From an uncultured Halanaerobiales bacterium (GTDB lineage: Bacteria > Bacillota > Halanaerobiia > Halanaerobiales > M55B127): 64,000 nucleotides of DNA. Where the stretch lies: assembly GCA_964526845.1 (NCBI GenBank), contig CAZGMM010000002.1:1183-65182 (forward strand), given 5' to 3'. Positions 18,768 to 29,711 of the stretch are shown here, in pieces. Both the position numbers and the translations under genes were made by a program. Positions within the stretch are counted from its first letter, which is position 1. The number at the start of each line of letters is the position of its first letter. The notes beneath the pieces were generated by a model. It saw only the letters and a program-made list of their open reading frames with translations, was not told the DNA's origin and made no database searches.

Positions 18768-21581
18768 GTGGGCAGCAAAAAGATTACTGTTAAAGGAGCC
18801 CGTGAACACAATTTAAAGAACTTGGATGTAGATATACCGCGTGATGAACTGGTGGTAATTACGGGACTGAGTGGTTCTGGGAAGTCTTCCCTTGCCTTTG
18901 ATACAATTTATGCAGAGGGTCAGAGGAGGTATGTAGAATCACTTTCTTCCTATGCTCGCCAGTTTTTAGGACAGATGGAAAAACCAAAGGTTGAATATAT
19001 AGAGGGCCTTTCCCCGGCCATCTCGATAGATCAAAAATCTACCAGTAAAAATCCCCGTTCAACGGTGGGGACAGTAACTGAAATCTATGATTACTTAAGG
19101 TTACTTTATGCCCGAATAGGCACCCCGCACTGTCCGGTCTGTGGAAAAGAGATAAGTTCCCAGACCATAGATGAGATAGTGGACCAGGTACTTGAACTTA
19201 AAAACAGGACAAAACTGCAGATTTTAGCCCCGGTTATCAGGGGAAGAAAAGGTGAACACGACCAGGTATTTGCCCAGGCCCGGCGAGATGGTTTTATCCG
19301 GGTCAAGGTAGATGGAGAAAACTATCTCGTTGATGATGAAATAGAACTGGATAAAAATAAGAAGCATGATATCTCAGTTATCGTAGATAGAATTGTGATC
19401 AAAGAAGATATCAGGGAAAGGTTGGCCGATTCAGTTGAAACAGCCCTGGAGTATGCAGACGGCTTAGTCTATGTTGATATTATAGAGGGAGAGACCTTAA
19501 CCTTTAGTGAAAAGTTTGCCTGTAATGAACACGGCTTTAACTTAGAAGAACTTTCTCCCCGTATGTTTTCTTTTAATAGTCCTTACGGGGCTTGTGAAGT
19601 CTGTGACGGGTTGGGGATCAAAAAAGAATTCGATCCCGAACTGATTTTGGATAAAGAAAGATCTATTCAAGATGGTGGTATCATACCCTGGCGTAATTCC
19701 AGCAGTAAATACTATCCCCAGATCTTGAAGGCTTTAGCCAAAGAATATGGGTTTAGTATGAGCACACCAATCGGTGAGTTAGATGAAGAAATTCAGGATA
19801 TATTACTCTATGGTTCAAATCGGACCTTAAGCTTTCCCTATACCAATAGATATGGAAAGACAAGACAGCAGAATACCCAGTTTAAAGGGGTAGTAAACTA
19901 TCTTAAAAGAAGGATGAAAAGATCAGATTCGGCCAGTTCCCACAGCCGGATGGAAAAATATATGCGGGAAGATGATTGTAAGGCTTGTAATGGACAGAGG
20001 TTAAAACCAGGCGCTCTGGCCGTCACAGTGGGCGGGATCTCTATTGCCGAGTTCACCCGCAAAAATATCGGAGAGGCCCTGGAATTTATTAAAAACCTCA
20101 AGCTGAGTAAAAGAGAAAAGTTCATAGGTCAGGAGATCCTTAAGGAGATCAGAAATAGACTGCAGTTTATGGTCAATGTTGGTTTAGAGTATTTAACCTT
20201 AGAACGTTCAGCTGCCACCCTCTCGGGGGGAGAAGCCCAGAGAATCAGGCTCGCCACCCAAATCGGTTCCGGCCTGGTAGGTGTCCTATATATCTTAGAC
20301 GAACCTTCTATCGGACTTCATCAGAGGGATAACAAGCGGTTGATCGATACCCTAGAACATATCCGCGATATCGGTAATACCGTAATTGTAGTCGAACATG
20401 ATGAAGAAACGATCAGGACGGCTGATCATATCATTGATATTGGGCCGGGCGCTGGCAAACACGGTGGTAATATCGTTGTCCAGGGAGATTTAGAAAAGGT
20501 TAAAGACTGTGATAAATCATTAACCGGTAAGTACCTTAAAGGTGAAGAAAAAATACCGATCCCGGATGAACGTTATGAACCGAACGGTAAGTATTTAGAA
20601 ATAAAGGGAGCCAAGCAGTTTAACCTAAAAGACATCGATGTTGAAATCCCTTTAGGTACCTTTACCTGTATAACAGGAGTTTCCGGTTCCGGTAAATCAA
20701 CTTTAATTAACTATACTTTGAAGCGGAGACTGATGCAGCACTTTTACGATTCGACCGAACATCCCGGCAAACATGATGAAGTTAAAGGTTTAGAACACCT
20801 CGATAAGGTAATTAACATCGATCAATCCCCAATCGGTCGAACCCCACGTTCCAACCCTGCTACCTATACAAAGGTATTTGACTATATCAGGGACCTTTTT
20901 GCCGAAACACCGGAAGCCCGCCGCCGCGGCTATGATAAAGGTAGGTTCAGCTTTAATGTAAAGGGCGGACGCTGTGAAGCCTGTAAGGGCCAGGGGAAAA
21001 ACAAGATTGAAATGCACTTTTTGGCCGATGTATATGTAACCTGTGATGTCTGTGGAGGTAAGAGATACAATAAGGAAACCTTAGAGATCAAGTATAAGGG
21101 TAAAACAATCGCAGATGTACTGGACATGACGGTAGAAGAGGCCTTGAACTTCTTCGATAAGATACCGGCCTTAAAACGCAGATTACAGACCCTTTATGAC
21201 GTAGGCTTAGGATACATCAAATTAGGACAGCCCGCTACTACCCTTTCGGGCGGAGAAGCTCAGCGGGTCAAGATATCGGAAGAACTCGGTAAAAGAAGTA
21301 CCGGCCGAACCCTATACATGCTCGATGAGCCGACAACCGGACTTCACTTTGCCGATGTAAAAAAACTATTAGAAGTATTGCACAGACTGCGGGAAGGCGG
21401 TAATACTGTAATAGTCATAGAGCACGACCTTGATGTAATAAAATCAGCTGACTATATTATCGACCTCGGACCAGAGGGCGGCGATAATGGGGGGGAAGTA
21501 TTAGCAACAGGTACCCCGGAAGAGGTAGCAGAAGCTGATAACTCCTATACTGGTAAGTTTTTAAAGGACATCTTAAAATAA
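18768..21581 (+). CDS. uvrA: Excinuclease ABC subunit A
   Basis: GTG 18768 after GAGGTGA (the track start 18717 overlaps uvrB). [14 protein letters not shown] and [10 protein letters not shown] Walker A motifs, two LSGGE signatures, zinc modules CPVCG/CEVCDG/CEACKG. Confidence 0.96.
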   Translation: MGSKKITVKGAREHNLKNLDVDIPRDELVVITGLSGSGKSSLAFDTIYAEGQRRYVESLSSYARQFLGQMEKPKVEYIEGLSPAISIDQKSTSKNPRSTVGTVTEIYDYLRLLYARIGTPHCPVCGKEISSQTIDEIVDQVLELKNRTKLQILAPVIRGRKGEHDQVFAQARRDGFIRVKVDGENYLVDDEIELDKNKKHDISVIVDRIVIKEDIRERLADSVETALEYADGLVYVDIIEGETLTFSEKFACNEHGFNLEELSPRMFSFNSPYGACEVCDGLGIKKEFDPELILDKERSIQDGGIIPWRNSSSKYYPQILKALAKEYGFSMSTPIGELDEEIQDILLYGSNRTLSFPYTNRYGKTRQQNTQFKGVVNYLKRRMKRSDSASSHSRMEKYMREDDCKACNGQRLKPGALAVTVGGISIAEFTRKNIGEALEFIKNLKLSKREKFIGQEILKEIRNRLQFMVNVGLEYLTLERSAATLSGGEAQRIRLATQIGSGLVGVLYILDEPSIGLHQRDNKRLIDTLEHIRDIGNTVIVVEHDEETIRTADHIIDIGPGAGKHGGNIVVQGDLEKVKDCDKSLTGKYLKGEEKIPIPDERYEPNGKYLEIKGAKQFNLKDIDVEIPLGTFTCITGVSGSGKSTLINYTLKRRLMQHFYDSTEHPGKHDEVKGLEHLDKVINIDQSPIGRTPRSNPATYTKVFDYIRDLFAETPEARRRGYDKGRFSFNVKGGRCEACKGQGKNKIEMHFLADVYVTCDVCGGKRYNKETLEIKYKGKTIADVLDMTVEEALNFFDKIPALKRRLQTLYDVGLGYIKLGQPATTLSGGEAQRVKISEELGKRSTGRTLYMLDEPTTGLHFADVKKLLEVLHRLREGGNTVIVIEHDLDVIKSADYIIDLGPEGGDNGGEVLATGTPEEVAEADNSYTGKFLKDILK

Positions 21582-21594
21582 CTGGTGATTATCT

Positions 21595-23421
21595 ATGAGT
21601 AGATATATCGAAGAACAAATTAAACAAATACCGGATAAACCGGGCGTCTATCTCATGAAAGATGACTCCGGTGAGATTATCTATGTAGGCAAAGCCCGCT
21701 CCTTAAAAAAGCGGGTTCGCTCCTATTTCCGCAAGGGAAACCAGAGCTACAAGACCTCTATCATGATCGATCATATCGATGACTTCGACTATATAGTAAC
21801 CGATACCGAGATGGAATCATATATACTTGAGGCCAATTTGATAAAAAAATATCACCCCAAGTATAATGTCAGATTAAAAGATGACAAGACCTATCCTTTC
21901 ATTAAAATTACTACCTATGAGGACTTTCCCCGTATTAAAAAGTCGCGGGTAGTAAAAAAGGATGGGAGTAAGTACTTCGGGCCCTTTGCCGATGTTGATG
22001 CAATCTATAAGACGATAAATATATTAAAAGATCTCTTTAAATTAAGAAGCTGTAACTATGACTTCAGTGTTGATGATCAGCTGGAAAGGCCCTGCCTGAA
22101 CTACTATATAGATAAATGTACGGCCCCCTGTGTCGGTAAAATCTCAAAAGAGGAATACCGGGCCCAGATCGACCAGGTAATTATGTTTCTTTCCGGCCGT
22201 CAGAAGATTTTATTAAATAAGATAGAAGAGGAGATGCAGGCTGCCGCAGATGAGCAGAACTTCGAACGGGCCGCCCGCTACCGGGATGCCATGCAGGCCG
22301 TGGAAGAGATTTCCCGACAGCAGAAGGTGATGTCAGAAGATAATAAAGACCGCGATATTATCGCGATAACTGAAGACGGCTCCTACTGTGTCCAATTGCT
22401 GTTAGTAAAAAACGGTAAGCTGATTGGGCAGGAGCATTTTATCCTAGAAGGTACAAGAGGAGAAGATAAAAGGGAAGTAATGTCCTCTTTTTTACAGCAG
22501 TACTATGAACAGGCCCCCCAACTACCGAATGAAATTTTAATTAATACCGAGATAAATAATAGGGAGATACTGGCTGACCGTCTAAAACAGTTAAAAGGCA
22601 AGCAGGTTAAGATAAAGATACCGCAAAAAGGTAATAAAAAACGCTTAATCGAGATGGCCTTAAAAAATGCTGAACAGAACCTTAAAAAAGAAAGTATTAA
22701 AAAGAAGTATGAAGAAAAAAGAACTGTAAAAGCAGTTGAAAAACTGGCCGACTATTTAGAATTAGATGAATTACCTTCCCATATCGAAGGCTTTGATATT
22801 TCCAATATTCAGGGAACAGACCCGGTCGCTTCTCTGGTTGTTTTTAAAAATGGTCGCCCCTCTAAAAGTGACTACCGTCGTTTTAAGATAAGGCAGAAGG
22901 AAGGGCCGGATGACTTCGCCATGATGAAGGAAGTGGTCCAGCGCCGGTACCGGAGGCTTTTAGAGGAAGACCGTAAGTTGCCCGATCTCATTTTAATTGA
23001 TGGGGGCAAAGGCCAGTTAAATGCGGCTTTGACTGTATTAGAGGAACTTGGCCTAGAAGATATGCAGATTATTGGTTTAGCTAAAAGAGAGGAAGAGGTA
23101 TTTTTACCAGAGAGAAAACAACCGGTAATATTACCGAAAAGCTCGGATGCCCTCCACCTCTTGCAGAGAGTCAGAGACGAAGCCCATCGATTTGCTGTTA
23201 ATTACCATCGTAAGTTAAGGTCCCGCCGGATAACTCACAGTATGCTGGAGAGAATACCCGGGATTGGACCTAAAAAGAAAAAAGCACTGCTGCAGCATTT
23301 CGGGTCCCTGGCTAAAATAAGATTGGCGGACCGATCTGAATTAAAAGAAGTGGAAGGAATTAGCGACAAATTAGCTGAAGTGATCAGTGATTATTTAGAA
23401 AAAAACACGAGAAGCATGTAA
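21595..23421 (+). CDS. uvrC: Excinuclease ABC subunit C
   Basis: GIY-YIG (GVYLMKD...IIYVGKA), UVR motif FERAARYRD, C-terminal HhH GIGPKKKKALLQHFGS. Confidence 0.97.
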   Translation: MSRYIEEQIKQIPDKPGVYLMKDDSGEIIYVGKARSLKKRVRSYFRKGNQSYKTSIMIDHIDDFDYIVTDTEMESYILEANLIKKYHPKYNVRLKDDKTYPFIKITTYEDFPRIKKSRVVKKDGSKYFGPFADVDAIYKTINILKDLFKLRSCNYDFSVDDQLERPCLNYYIDKCTAPCVGKISKEEYRAQIDQVIMFLSGRQKILLNKIEEEMQAAADEQNFERAARYRDAMQAVEEISRQQKVMSEDNKDRDIIAITEDGSYCVQLLLVKNGKLIGQEHFILEGTRGEDKREVMSSFLQQYYEQAPQLPNEILINTEINNREILADRLKQLKGKQVKIKIPQKGNKKRLIEMALKNAEQNLKKESIKKKYEEKRTVKAVEKLADYLELDELPSHIEGFDISNIQGTDPVASLVVFKNGRPSKSDYRRFKIRQKEGPDDFAMMKEVVQRRYRRLLEEDRKLPDLILIDGGKGQLNAALTVLEELGLEDMQIIGLAKREEEVFLPERKQPVILPKSSDALHLLQRVRDEAHRFAVNYHRKLRSRRITHSMLERIPGIGPKKKKALLQHFGSLAKIRLADRSELKEVEGISDKLAEVISDYLEKNTRSM

Positions 23422-23457
23422 AAACCCTGTGTTAATTGTTGACAAGCAGGGTTTTTA
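23422..23457 (+). terminator. Rho-independent terminator after uvrC
   Basis: AAACCCTG / CAGGGTTT stem (17-nt loop) followed by a T-run. Confidence 0.6.
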
Positions 23458-23503
23458 AGTTATGATTAATGTGAAAATAAACACATAATAAGGAAAATAA
23501 ACC

Positions 23504-23817
23504 ATGCTAGAAATTAAAATATGTGTAGGCAGCAGCTGTCAATTCAATTAACCTTTTTAAAAGTTTAACACATTTAATAATTTAATAGTCAAGAAGGAAT
23601 AAGGCCTATTTTACAGAAATAAATAAACTGGAAAATAAAGCAGTAATGTTTGTTTAATGAGATTTTAGACCTTCTGGATAATCATGTAAAAAAGAAGGTA
23701 GTGTTAAATAAGAGTGACCTGGAAATTATTCAGAAAAACACTAATAATGATTTAAATTTTGAAGTTTTATTTGAAGATGAACAAAAGTTCAACAAATATA
23801 TTCTTATTTCAACCTAA
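23504..23817 (+). pseudogene. Possible decayed gene: frame-broken fragments, the first resembling a thioredoxin-like [2Fe-2S] ferredoxin N-terminus
   Basis: MLEIKICVGSSCQFN-stop (23504-23551), continuing in another frame as NSINLFKSLTHLII-stop. A separate 55-codon TTG ORF at 23650-23817 has no RBS. No intact gene in 487 bp. Confidence 0.3.
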
Positions 23818-23823
23818 TACTTT

Positions 23824-23852
23824 TTGACAATCAAACTCACTATATATATAAT
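23824..23852 (+). promoter_or_regulatory. Consensus sigma-A promoter of the ferredoxin gene
   Basis: Perfect TTGACA, 17 nt, TATAAT. Confidence 0.7.
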
Positions 23853-23899
23853 TACTTTAAAAGTAATAATTATTATTTCATACATATTCAAGGAGGTGA

Positions 23900-24079
<180 letters not shown>

Positions 24080-24112
24080 ACATAAGTATAATTATATATA
24101 ATTATATAAAAT

Positions 24113-24141
24113 AACCGGAGTGTAATCACTCCGGTTTTAGT
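24113..24141 (+). terminator. Rho-independent terminator after fdx
   Basis: AACCGGAGTG / CACTCCGGTT stem followed by TTTAG. Confidence 0.8.
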
Positions 24142-24286
24142 TTTATTTTTATTTAAATATAATTGTAAATTTTTAAATTATATTTAATAATATATATATT
24201 TAAAGCAGGATTTAATCCTTACATAGAGAATAAATAAATTGGAGTTAATGTAACTTTCATATATAAATAACGAAGGGGTTGATATT

Positions 24287-25516
24287 TTGAGTTCTCTAAA
24301 AGAAGTAGATCCAAAAATTGCAGAATTCATTGAATTAGAAGAAGAAAGACAGGCCAAACACATTGAATTGATAGCTTCAGAAAACTTTGTTAGTGACGCA
24401 GTATTGGAAGCAGCCGGTTCAAAGTTAACCAACAAGTATGCAGAAGGTTATCCTCATAAAAGATATTATGGTGGATGTGAACAGGTTGATAAGGTAGAAG
24501 ATTTAGCGATTGAAAGGGCCAAAAAAATCTTTGGGGCAGACCATGCAAATGTACAGCCTCATTCCGGCTCTCAGGCCAACCAGGCCGTCTATTTTGCCAA
24601 GGTACCCATTGGGGAGACCATTTTGGCGATGGACCTTACCCACGGCGGTCACTTAACCCACGGTAATCCCGTCAATATGTCCGGTAAATACTTTAACTTT
24701 ATTCATTATGGTGTTACAAAAGATAGAGAAATTATTGACTATGATCAGGTAGAAAAACTGGCTAAAAAACATGAGCCAACCTTAATCGTGGCCGGGGCAA
24801 GTGCCTATCCGCGGGTAATAAACTTTAAAAGATTTAAACAAATTGCTGATGAAGTGGGCGCCCTCTTGATGGTAGACATGGCTCATATTGCCGGTTTAGT
24901 AGCAGCAGGATACCATCCCAATCCGGTTGAACATGCAGATATTGTCACTACTACTACTCATAAGACTTTAAGAGGCACCAGGGGTGGATTAATACTCTGT
25001 AAAGAAGAACATGCCAAGGATATTGATAAAGCGATCTTCCCCGGTATTCAGGGTGGTCCTTTGATGCATATCATAGCGGCGAAAGCAGTTGGTTTTAAAG
25101 AGGCTATGACCGATGAATTTAAAGAATACCAAAAACAGATTATCGATAATGCCCAGGCCTTAGCCAAGTCCTTACAGAGCTTCGGATTAAGGCTGGTCTC
25201 AGGTGGAACAGATAACCACCTCATGCTAGTTGATTTAAATAATACGGATATTACGGGTAAAGAAGCTGAAACCGCCCTCGATAAGGTCGGGATTACGGTA
25301 AACAAAAATACGATTCCATTTGAAACCAGAAGTCCTTTTGTTACCAGTGGGATAAGAATCGGTACTCCGGCGGTTACAACCAGGGGCATGGAGGAAGACG
25401 AAATGGAACTTATCGGTGAATATATCTTTGAATGCTTAAAGTATATTGACGATGATGAAAAATTGAAAGACTTACAGAAGAAGGTATATGAACTATCAGC
25501 TGAGTTTTCTGGATAA
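24287..25516 (+). CDS. glyA: Serine hydroxymethyltransferase
   Basis: TTG start after [29 protein letters not shown] (PLP lysine). Confidence 0.97.
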   Translation: MSSLKEVDPKIAEFIELEEERQAKHIELIASENFVSDAVLEAAGSKLTNKYAEGYPHKRYYGGCEQVDKVEDLAIERAKKIFGADHANVQPHSGSQANQAVYFAKVPIGETILAMDLTHGGHLTHGNPVNMSGKYFNFIHYGVTKDREIIDYDQVEKLAKKHEPTLIVAGASAYPRVINFKRFKQIADEVGALLMVDMAHIAGLVAAGYHPNPVEHADIVTTTTHKTLRGTRGGLILCKEEHAKDIDKAIFPGIQGGPLMHIIAAKAVGFKEAMTDEFKEYQKQIIDNAQALAKSLQSFGLRLVSGGTDNHLMLVDLNNTDITGKEAETALDKVGITVNKNTIPFETRSPFVTSGIRIGTPAVTTRGMEEDEMELIGEYIFECLKYIDDDEKLKDLQKKVYELSAEFSG

Positions 25517-25571
25517 ATATGTTGAAATATTTACCAATATGGATTAAAATTAATATAGGAGCAAGATTATA

Positions 25572-25602
25572 ATATTGAGGGGGTTGCCCCTCAATATGTT
25601 TA
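25572..25602 (+). terminator. Rho-independent terminator after glyA
   Basis: ATATTGAGGGG / CCCCTCAATAT stem. Confidence 0.7.
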
Positions 25603-25630
25603 TCTAATAAAAAGATAGGATGTAGTTATT

Positions 25631-26428
25631 TTGTATAAATTAGTTGTGATTGATTTAGATAATACACTTTTAAATAATGAACACCAGATAAGTGCTAAAA
25701 ACAAAGAGGTCATTAAACAGATACAGGCAAAAGGTATTGAAGTTCTTATTGCAACCGGACGCATGTATATTTCGGCTGAACCTTATATTAAAGAATTGGC
25801 CCTAGATAATGAAGCGATTGTATATAATGGGGCAATGGTGAAGGAGATTAAGTCCGGTCAAATCAAATACCATAAACCGATCAAGAAAGATATTGCTCGC
25901 AAAATCATTAGAGATGTTAAAAATGAAGGACTTCATATCAACCTTTATCAAAATGACCAACTTTATGTTGACCAGGATAATGAATACAAAAAGAGGTATG
26001 AAGAAGTATCCGGTATCAAAGCCCTCCAGGTAGATAATCTAGCTGAAATGGATTTTGATGACCCTACAAAATTATTAATTATTGAAGATGATCCTGACAA
26101 ACACAGTTATTACCAAAAATATTTGAGAGCTAAGTACGGAGAACAGATTGATGTTACTGAGTCTAAACACTATTTCATCGAACTAGGAGCTAAAGGTGTT
26201 AATAAAGGGAAGACCCTCCAGCAGATAAGCCAGGCAAAACGAATTAAACGAAAAGAAATTTTGGCTATAGGTGACAGTTATAATGATATTGAAATGATAA
26301 GTTATGCAGGAACTGGTATTGCCATGGATAATGCCGCTGAAGCAGTCAAAGAGAAAGCTGATTTGATTGCCCCTCATCATGAAGAGGATGGTGTGGCAGA
26401 GATACTTGATAAATTGATATTGAGTTGA
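25631..26428 (+). CDS. Cof-type HAD-IIB phosphatase
   Basis: VVIDLDNTLLN (DxD), ATGR, GDSYNDIEM. Confidence 0.88.
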   Translation: MYKLVVIDLDNTLLNNEHQISAKNKEVIKQIQAKGIEVLIATGRMYISAEPYIKELALDNEAIVYNGAMVKEIKSGQIKYHKPIKKDIARKIIRDVKNEGLHINLYQNDQLYVDQDNEYKKRYEEVSGIKALQVDNLAEMDFDDPTKLLIIEDDPDKHSYYQKYLRAKYGEQIDVTESKHYFIELGAKGVNKGKTLQQISQAKRIKRKEILAIGDSYNDIEMISYAGTGIAMDNAAEAVKEKADLIAPHHEEDGVAEILDKLILS

Positions 26429-26514
26429 AGAACCTTATCAAAAGTGTTATCATTAAGTATAGAAGGCAATAGTACTGACTAGTCAGTTTTTTATAATACC
26501 AAGGAGGGATTGAG

Positions 26515-27909
26515 ATGGCTACTTTCAATTTTGCAAAGAAATTTGCTGCAGAAAAATTAGTTAAAAAGGCACTTGAGTATATTGAAAAAGACCCGGACAA
26601 GAACTTTTTAAAAATACTTAATTTGGCAGAAAAATTATCCAATACCAAAAACCAGGATAGGCAGATTGAAGTAATCAGAGAGAACTACAAGAAAAATCCT
26701 GTAATTAAGGAATTCATCCGAAAATTGGATGATGTAGCCTCCAGCTATAAAGAAGGCTTACTTATAAACTTTTTTGTTAATTCAGCCTTATTGGGTATAC
26801 CTTATCAGTACAAGATGGCAGATAAATTGGGACACGGAGTTCCCTGGGCTATCTTGATGGACCCGACCAGTGCCTGTAATTTAAACTGTGAAGGTTGCTG
26901 GGCCGGTGAATATGAAAAGGGGGATACCCTTGAATTTGAAACCATGGACCGGATTATCAATGAAGCAAAAGAACTGGGTATCTATTTTATAATCTTTTCA
27001 GGGGGAGAACCGACCGTTTATCCCCGTCTGATGGAACTGGTTGAAAAACACCCCGATGTTGGTTTTATGATGTATACCAACGGGACTTTAATAGATGATG
27101 AGATGGCCGATAAGATGCTGGAATTAGGCAATATAACTCCCGCAATTAGTTTAGAGGGATATAAAGAACAGACCGATGCACGCCGCGGAGAAGGGGTCTT
27201 CGATAAGATAATGGACACCATGGACCGTCTGCGGGAAAGAGGTATAATATACGGTGTGAGCCTTACCGCCCATCGTAATAATGTTTATGACCTATTTCAG
27301 GGTGAGGACTTCTATGATTTCTTAATCGAAAAAGGAGCGACTTATGGTTGGCTCTTCCACTATATGCCGATCGGGAGAGATCCAGACCTCGATATGATGT
27401 TAACACCTGAACAAAGGGCGTTTTTAGCAGAGCGAGTTAATGAACTAAGGTCCAATAAACCGCTCTTTTTAATCGATTTCTGGAATGACGGCACCTATGC
27501 AGGTGGCTGTATTGCAGGAGGAAGAAGGTACTTCCATATAAATGCAAAGGGAGATGTTGAACCCTGTGCCTTTGCCCATTTTGCCACCGATAATATTAAG
27601 GGTAAGTCGTTAAAAGAAGTACTAGATAATCCCCTATTTAGAGAATATCAAAAGAGACAGCCCTTTAATGAAAATTCATTAAGACCCTGTCCAATTATTG
27701 ATAATAATCCTGCTTTAAGGGAGATAGTAAAAGAGTCGGGTGCTGAACCCACTCATGCCGGTGCCGGTAATGTAATAACTGAAGAAGTTGGTAAAAAGTT
27801 AGAAGACCTAGCAGAACGCTGGGAGAAAGTTTCCCGACCGATACATGAAAAGAGAGTCAGCAAAAAAGAGAAAGAAAAAGAAAAGAAGAAAGAAAAGGTA
27901 AAATCTTAA
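26515..27909 (+). CDS. Radical SAM protein of unknown function with a ~110-aa N-terminal extension and a Lys/Glu-rich tail
   Basis: CNLNCEGC (CxxxCxxC) at residues 121-128, GGEPT. Further C-terminal cysteines (GGCIAGG...EPCAF, RPCPI) suggest an auxiliary cluster. Tail KKEKEKEKKKEKVKS. Confidence 0.75.
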   Translation: MATFNFAKKFAAEKLVKKALEYIEKDPDKNFLKILNLAEKLSNTKNQDRQIEVIRENYKKNPVIKEFIRKLDDVASSYKEGLLINFFVNSALLGIPYQYKMADKLGHGVPWAILMDPTSACNLNCEGCWAGEYEKGDTLEFETMDRIINEAKELGIYFIIFSGGEPTVYPRLMELVEKHPDVGFMMYTNGTLIDDEMADKMLELGNITPAISLEGYKEQTDARRGEGVFDKIMDTMDRLRERGIIYGVSLTAHRNNVYDLFQGEDFYDFLIEKGATYGWLFHYMPIGRDPDLDMMLTPEQRAFLAERVNELRSNKPLFLIDFWNDGTYAGGCIAGGRRYFHINAKGDVEPCAFAHFATDNIKGKSLKEVLDNPLFREYQKRQPFNENSLRPCPIIDNNPALREIVKESGAEPTHAGAGNVITEEVGKKLEDLAERWEKVSRPIHEKRVSKKEKEKEKKKEKVKS

Positions 27910-27921
27910 ATAAAAGTATTG

Positions 27922-27950
27922 AAAGCCCCTCTTGCAGGGGCTTTTCCTTT
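27922..27950 (+). terminator. Rho-independent terminator after the radical SAM gene
   Basis: AAAGCCCCT / AGGGGCTTT stem followed by a T-rich run. Confidence 0.8.
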
Positions 27951-28016
27951 TCTTTACATTAATTTTCATTAGTGATATAATAAATTTGAATTTTTCAAAT
28001 CAGGGAGGAATTAACT

Positions 28017-28715
28017 TTGAAGATATGGCAGGTATTAAAAGACTCGACATCCCAAACCTATGATAAATTATTTAAATTTGCTATTTTGAATCTTATTTGG
28101 TTCATACTCTCCACCCTGGTAGTCTTTATCGGATATTCAGGTTTAATTATAAAGTTCTATTACTTATTAATTGTTCCCATTATTTTTCTGGGTCCATTTT
28201 TTATGGGTGGACTGATGAGCGGTATCAATTACATAAAGTTTAATGACTTTTCTATTAAACAGTATTTTATATACATAAAGGATAATTTCAAGAGAGGACT
28301 GTTAGGTTTTCTCTTTACTTTTTTTATATACCTCCTATTAATAGCAGATCTGGTTTTCTTTTTACAAAAAGGTACAGACAGCCTTTTCATGCTTGTTTTG
28401 GCTGTTTTAGTCTTATATATCCTCATCTTTTTTTCAATGATGCAGTGTTACTACTGGGGCTTTTTAGCCCTTGATAAAGAAAAGAAGATCAGGTATGTCA
28501 TAAAAAATTCCTTTTTAGTGACGATTGATAATGTGGTCTTTTCATTTCTCTGGTTTATAATTGTCTTCATAATCTCGGCCATTTTAATTGTGACCGGGTT
28601 CGGTATGGCAGTCCTTTTAATGAACTTTTTGACTTTAATGATGTTGAATGGAACGATTGCTGTTTCCTCTGAGTATGATAATTTAGAGATAGAGGAGCTG
28701 AATAGAGATGAGTAA
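28017..28715 (+). CDS. YesL-like (DUF624) integral membrane protein
   Basis: TTG start after GGGAGGA. N-terminal YDKLFKFAILNLIWFILS and about 5-6 TM helices, as in the YesL family. Confidence 0.6.
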   Translation: MKIWQVLKDSTSQTYDKLFKFAILNLIWFILSTLVVFIGYSGLIIKFYYLLIVPIIFLGPFFMGGLMSGINYIKFNDFSIKQYFIYIKDNFKRGLLGFLFTFFIYLLLIADLVFFLQKGTDSLFMLVLAVLVLYILIFFSMMQCYYWGFLALDKEKKIRYVIKNSFLVTIDNVVFSFLWFIIVFIISAILIVTGFGMAVLLMNFLTLMMLNGTIAVSSEYDNLEIEELNRDE

Positions 28716-29688
28716 AGATTACTATATAGGAATTGATATCGGGGGGACCAAGGTTCTCTCGGCCCTGGCCGATAGTGAAGGAAAGATAATAAATAAAGCT
28801 CAAAACCCTACGGAAGCCGATAAGGGCGAAGACGTAATAATCTCAAATATTGAGGAAAGCATTGAACGCGTGATTAAAAATAGTAAGATTGGTAAAGAAG
28901 AAGTAAAAAGAATCGGGGTAGGTTCTCCCGGTCCTTTAGATTTAAATAAGGGAGTTATCATCGAAAATTCTAACCTGGCCTGGACTAATGTGCCGATTGT
29001 AGAAATCTTAGAAGACATAACAGGTATAGAGGTAATTTTAGAAAATGATGCAAATGCGGCCGCTTTAGGCGAAAATCAGTTTGGGGCCGGTCAAGCAGCC
29101 GATCATATGGTCTATTTAACCATTAGTACCGGAATCGGTGGTGGAATAATAATCAACAGAAAGATTTTTCACGGTGGAAAAGGAAATGCGGGCGAAGTTG
29201 GTCATATGACTTTAATCCCCGACAGTGACTATCAATGTGGTTGTGGAAATTACGGCTGTTTTGAAGCAGTTGCCTCTGGTACTGCTATTGCCAGAAGGGG
29301 CAGAGAATTATTAACTGCTCACCAGGACAGTCTAATTTATGAATATAGTGAAGGTAATCCTGATGTGGTAGACGCACCTTTGATTGCGGCAGCTGCCCGA
29401 GAAGGTGACCAGGAAGCGATTCGTATCTTTAAATTAACCGGTCAGCTTCTAGGGGTAGGTATTGCCAATGTGGTTAATCTCTTCGATCCGGAGATTATTT
29501 TACTGGGTGGAGGAGTTATGCATGCCCAGGACCTATTTATGGAAGAATTAAAAACCAGTTTAAAGGAAAGGGCTTTAAAGCCAAATCTAAAAGAGCTTCA
29601 GTTAAAAGAGACCAAACTAGGTAAAGATACGGGAGTAAAGGGTGCAATAGCGGTAGCGATGTGTGATTACCTTTATCAAAACCAATAA
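28708..29688 (+). CDS. ROK family sugar kinase (probable glucokinase)
   Basis: IGIDIGGTK, ENDANAAALGE, zinc motif HM...CGCGNYGCFEAVASG. 8-nt overlap with the upstream gene. Confidence 0.88.
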   Translation: MSKDYYIGIDIGGTKVLSALADSEGKIINKAQNPTEADKGEDVIISNIEESIERVIKNSKIGKEEVKRIGVGSPGPLDLNKGVIIENSNLAWTNVPIVEILEDITGIEVILENDANAAALGENQFGAGQAADHMVYLTISTGIGGGIIINRKIFHGGKGNAGEVGHMTLIPDSDYQCGCGNYGCFEAVASGTAIARRGRELLTAHQDSLIYEYSEGNPDVVDAPLIAAAAREGDQEAIRIFKLTGQLLGVGIANVVNLFDPEIILLGGGVMHAQDLFMEELKTSLKERALKPNLKELQLKETKLGKDTGVKGAIAVAMCDYLYQNQ

Positions 29689-29711
29689 TATAGTCCGACG
29701 GGGTGAATAAA

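Noticed and set aside
26474-26492. Palindrome ACTGACTAGTCAGT plus T6 after the HAD phosphatase gene as a terminator
   Set aside because: The effective stem is only about 5 bp and AT-rich. It is too weak to call confidently, so I did not list it as a feature.
26346-26648. 100-aa minus-strand ORF spanning the gap between the HAD phosphatase and radical SAM genes
   Set aside because: It overlaps both flanking plus-strand coding ends and the radical SAM RBS. It has no RBS of its own and low-complexity sequence.
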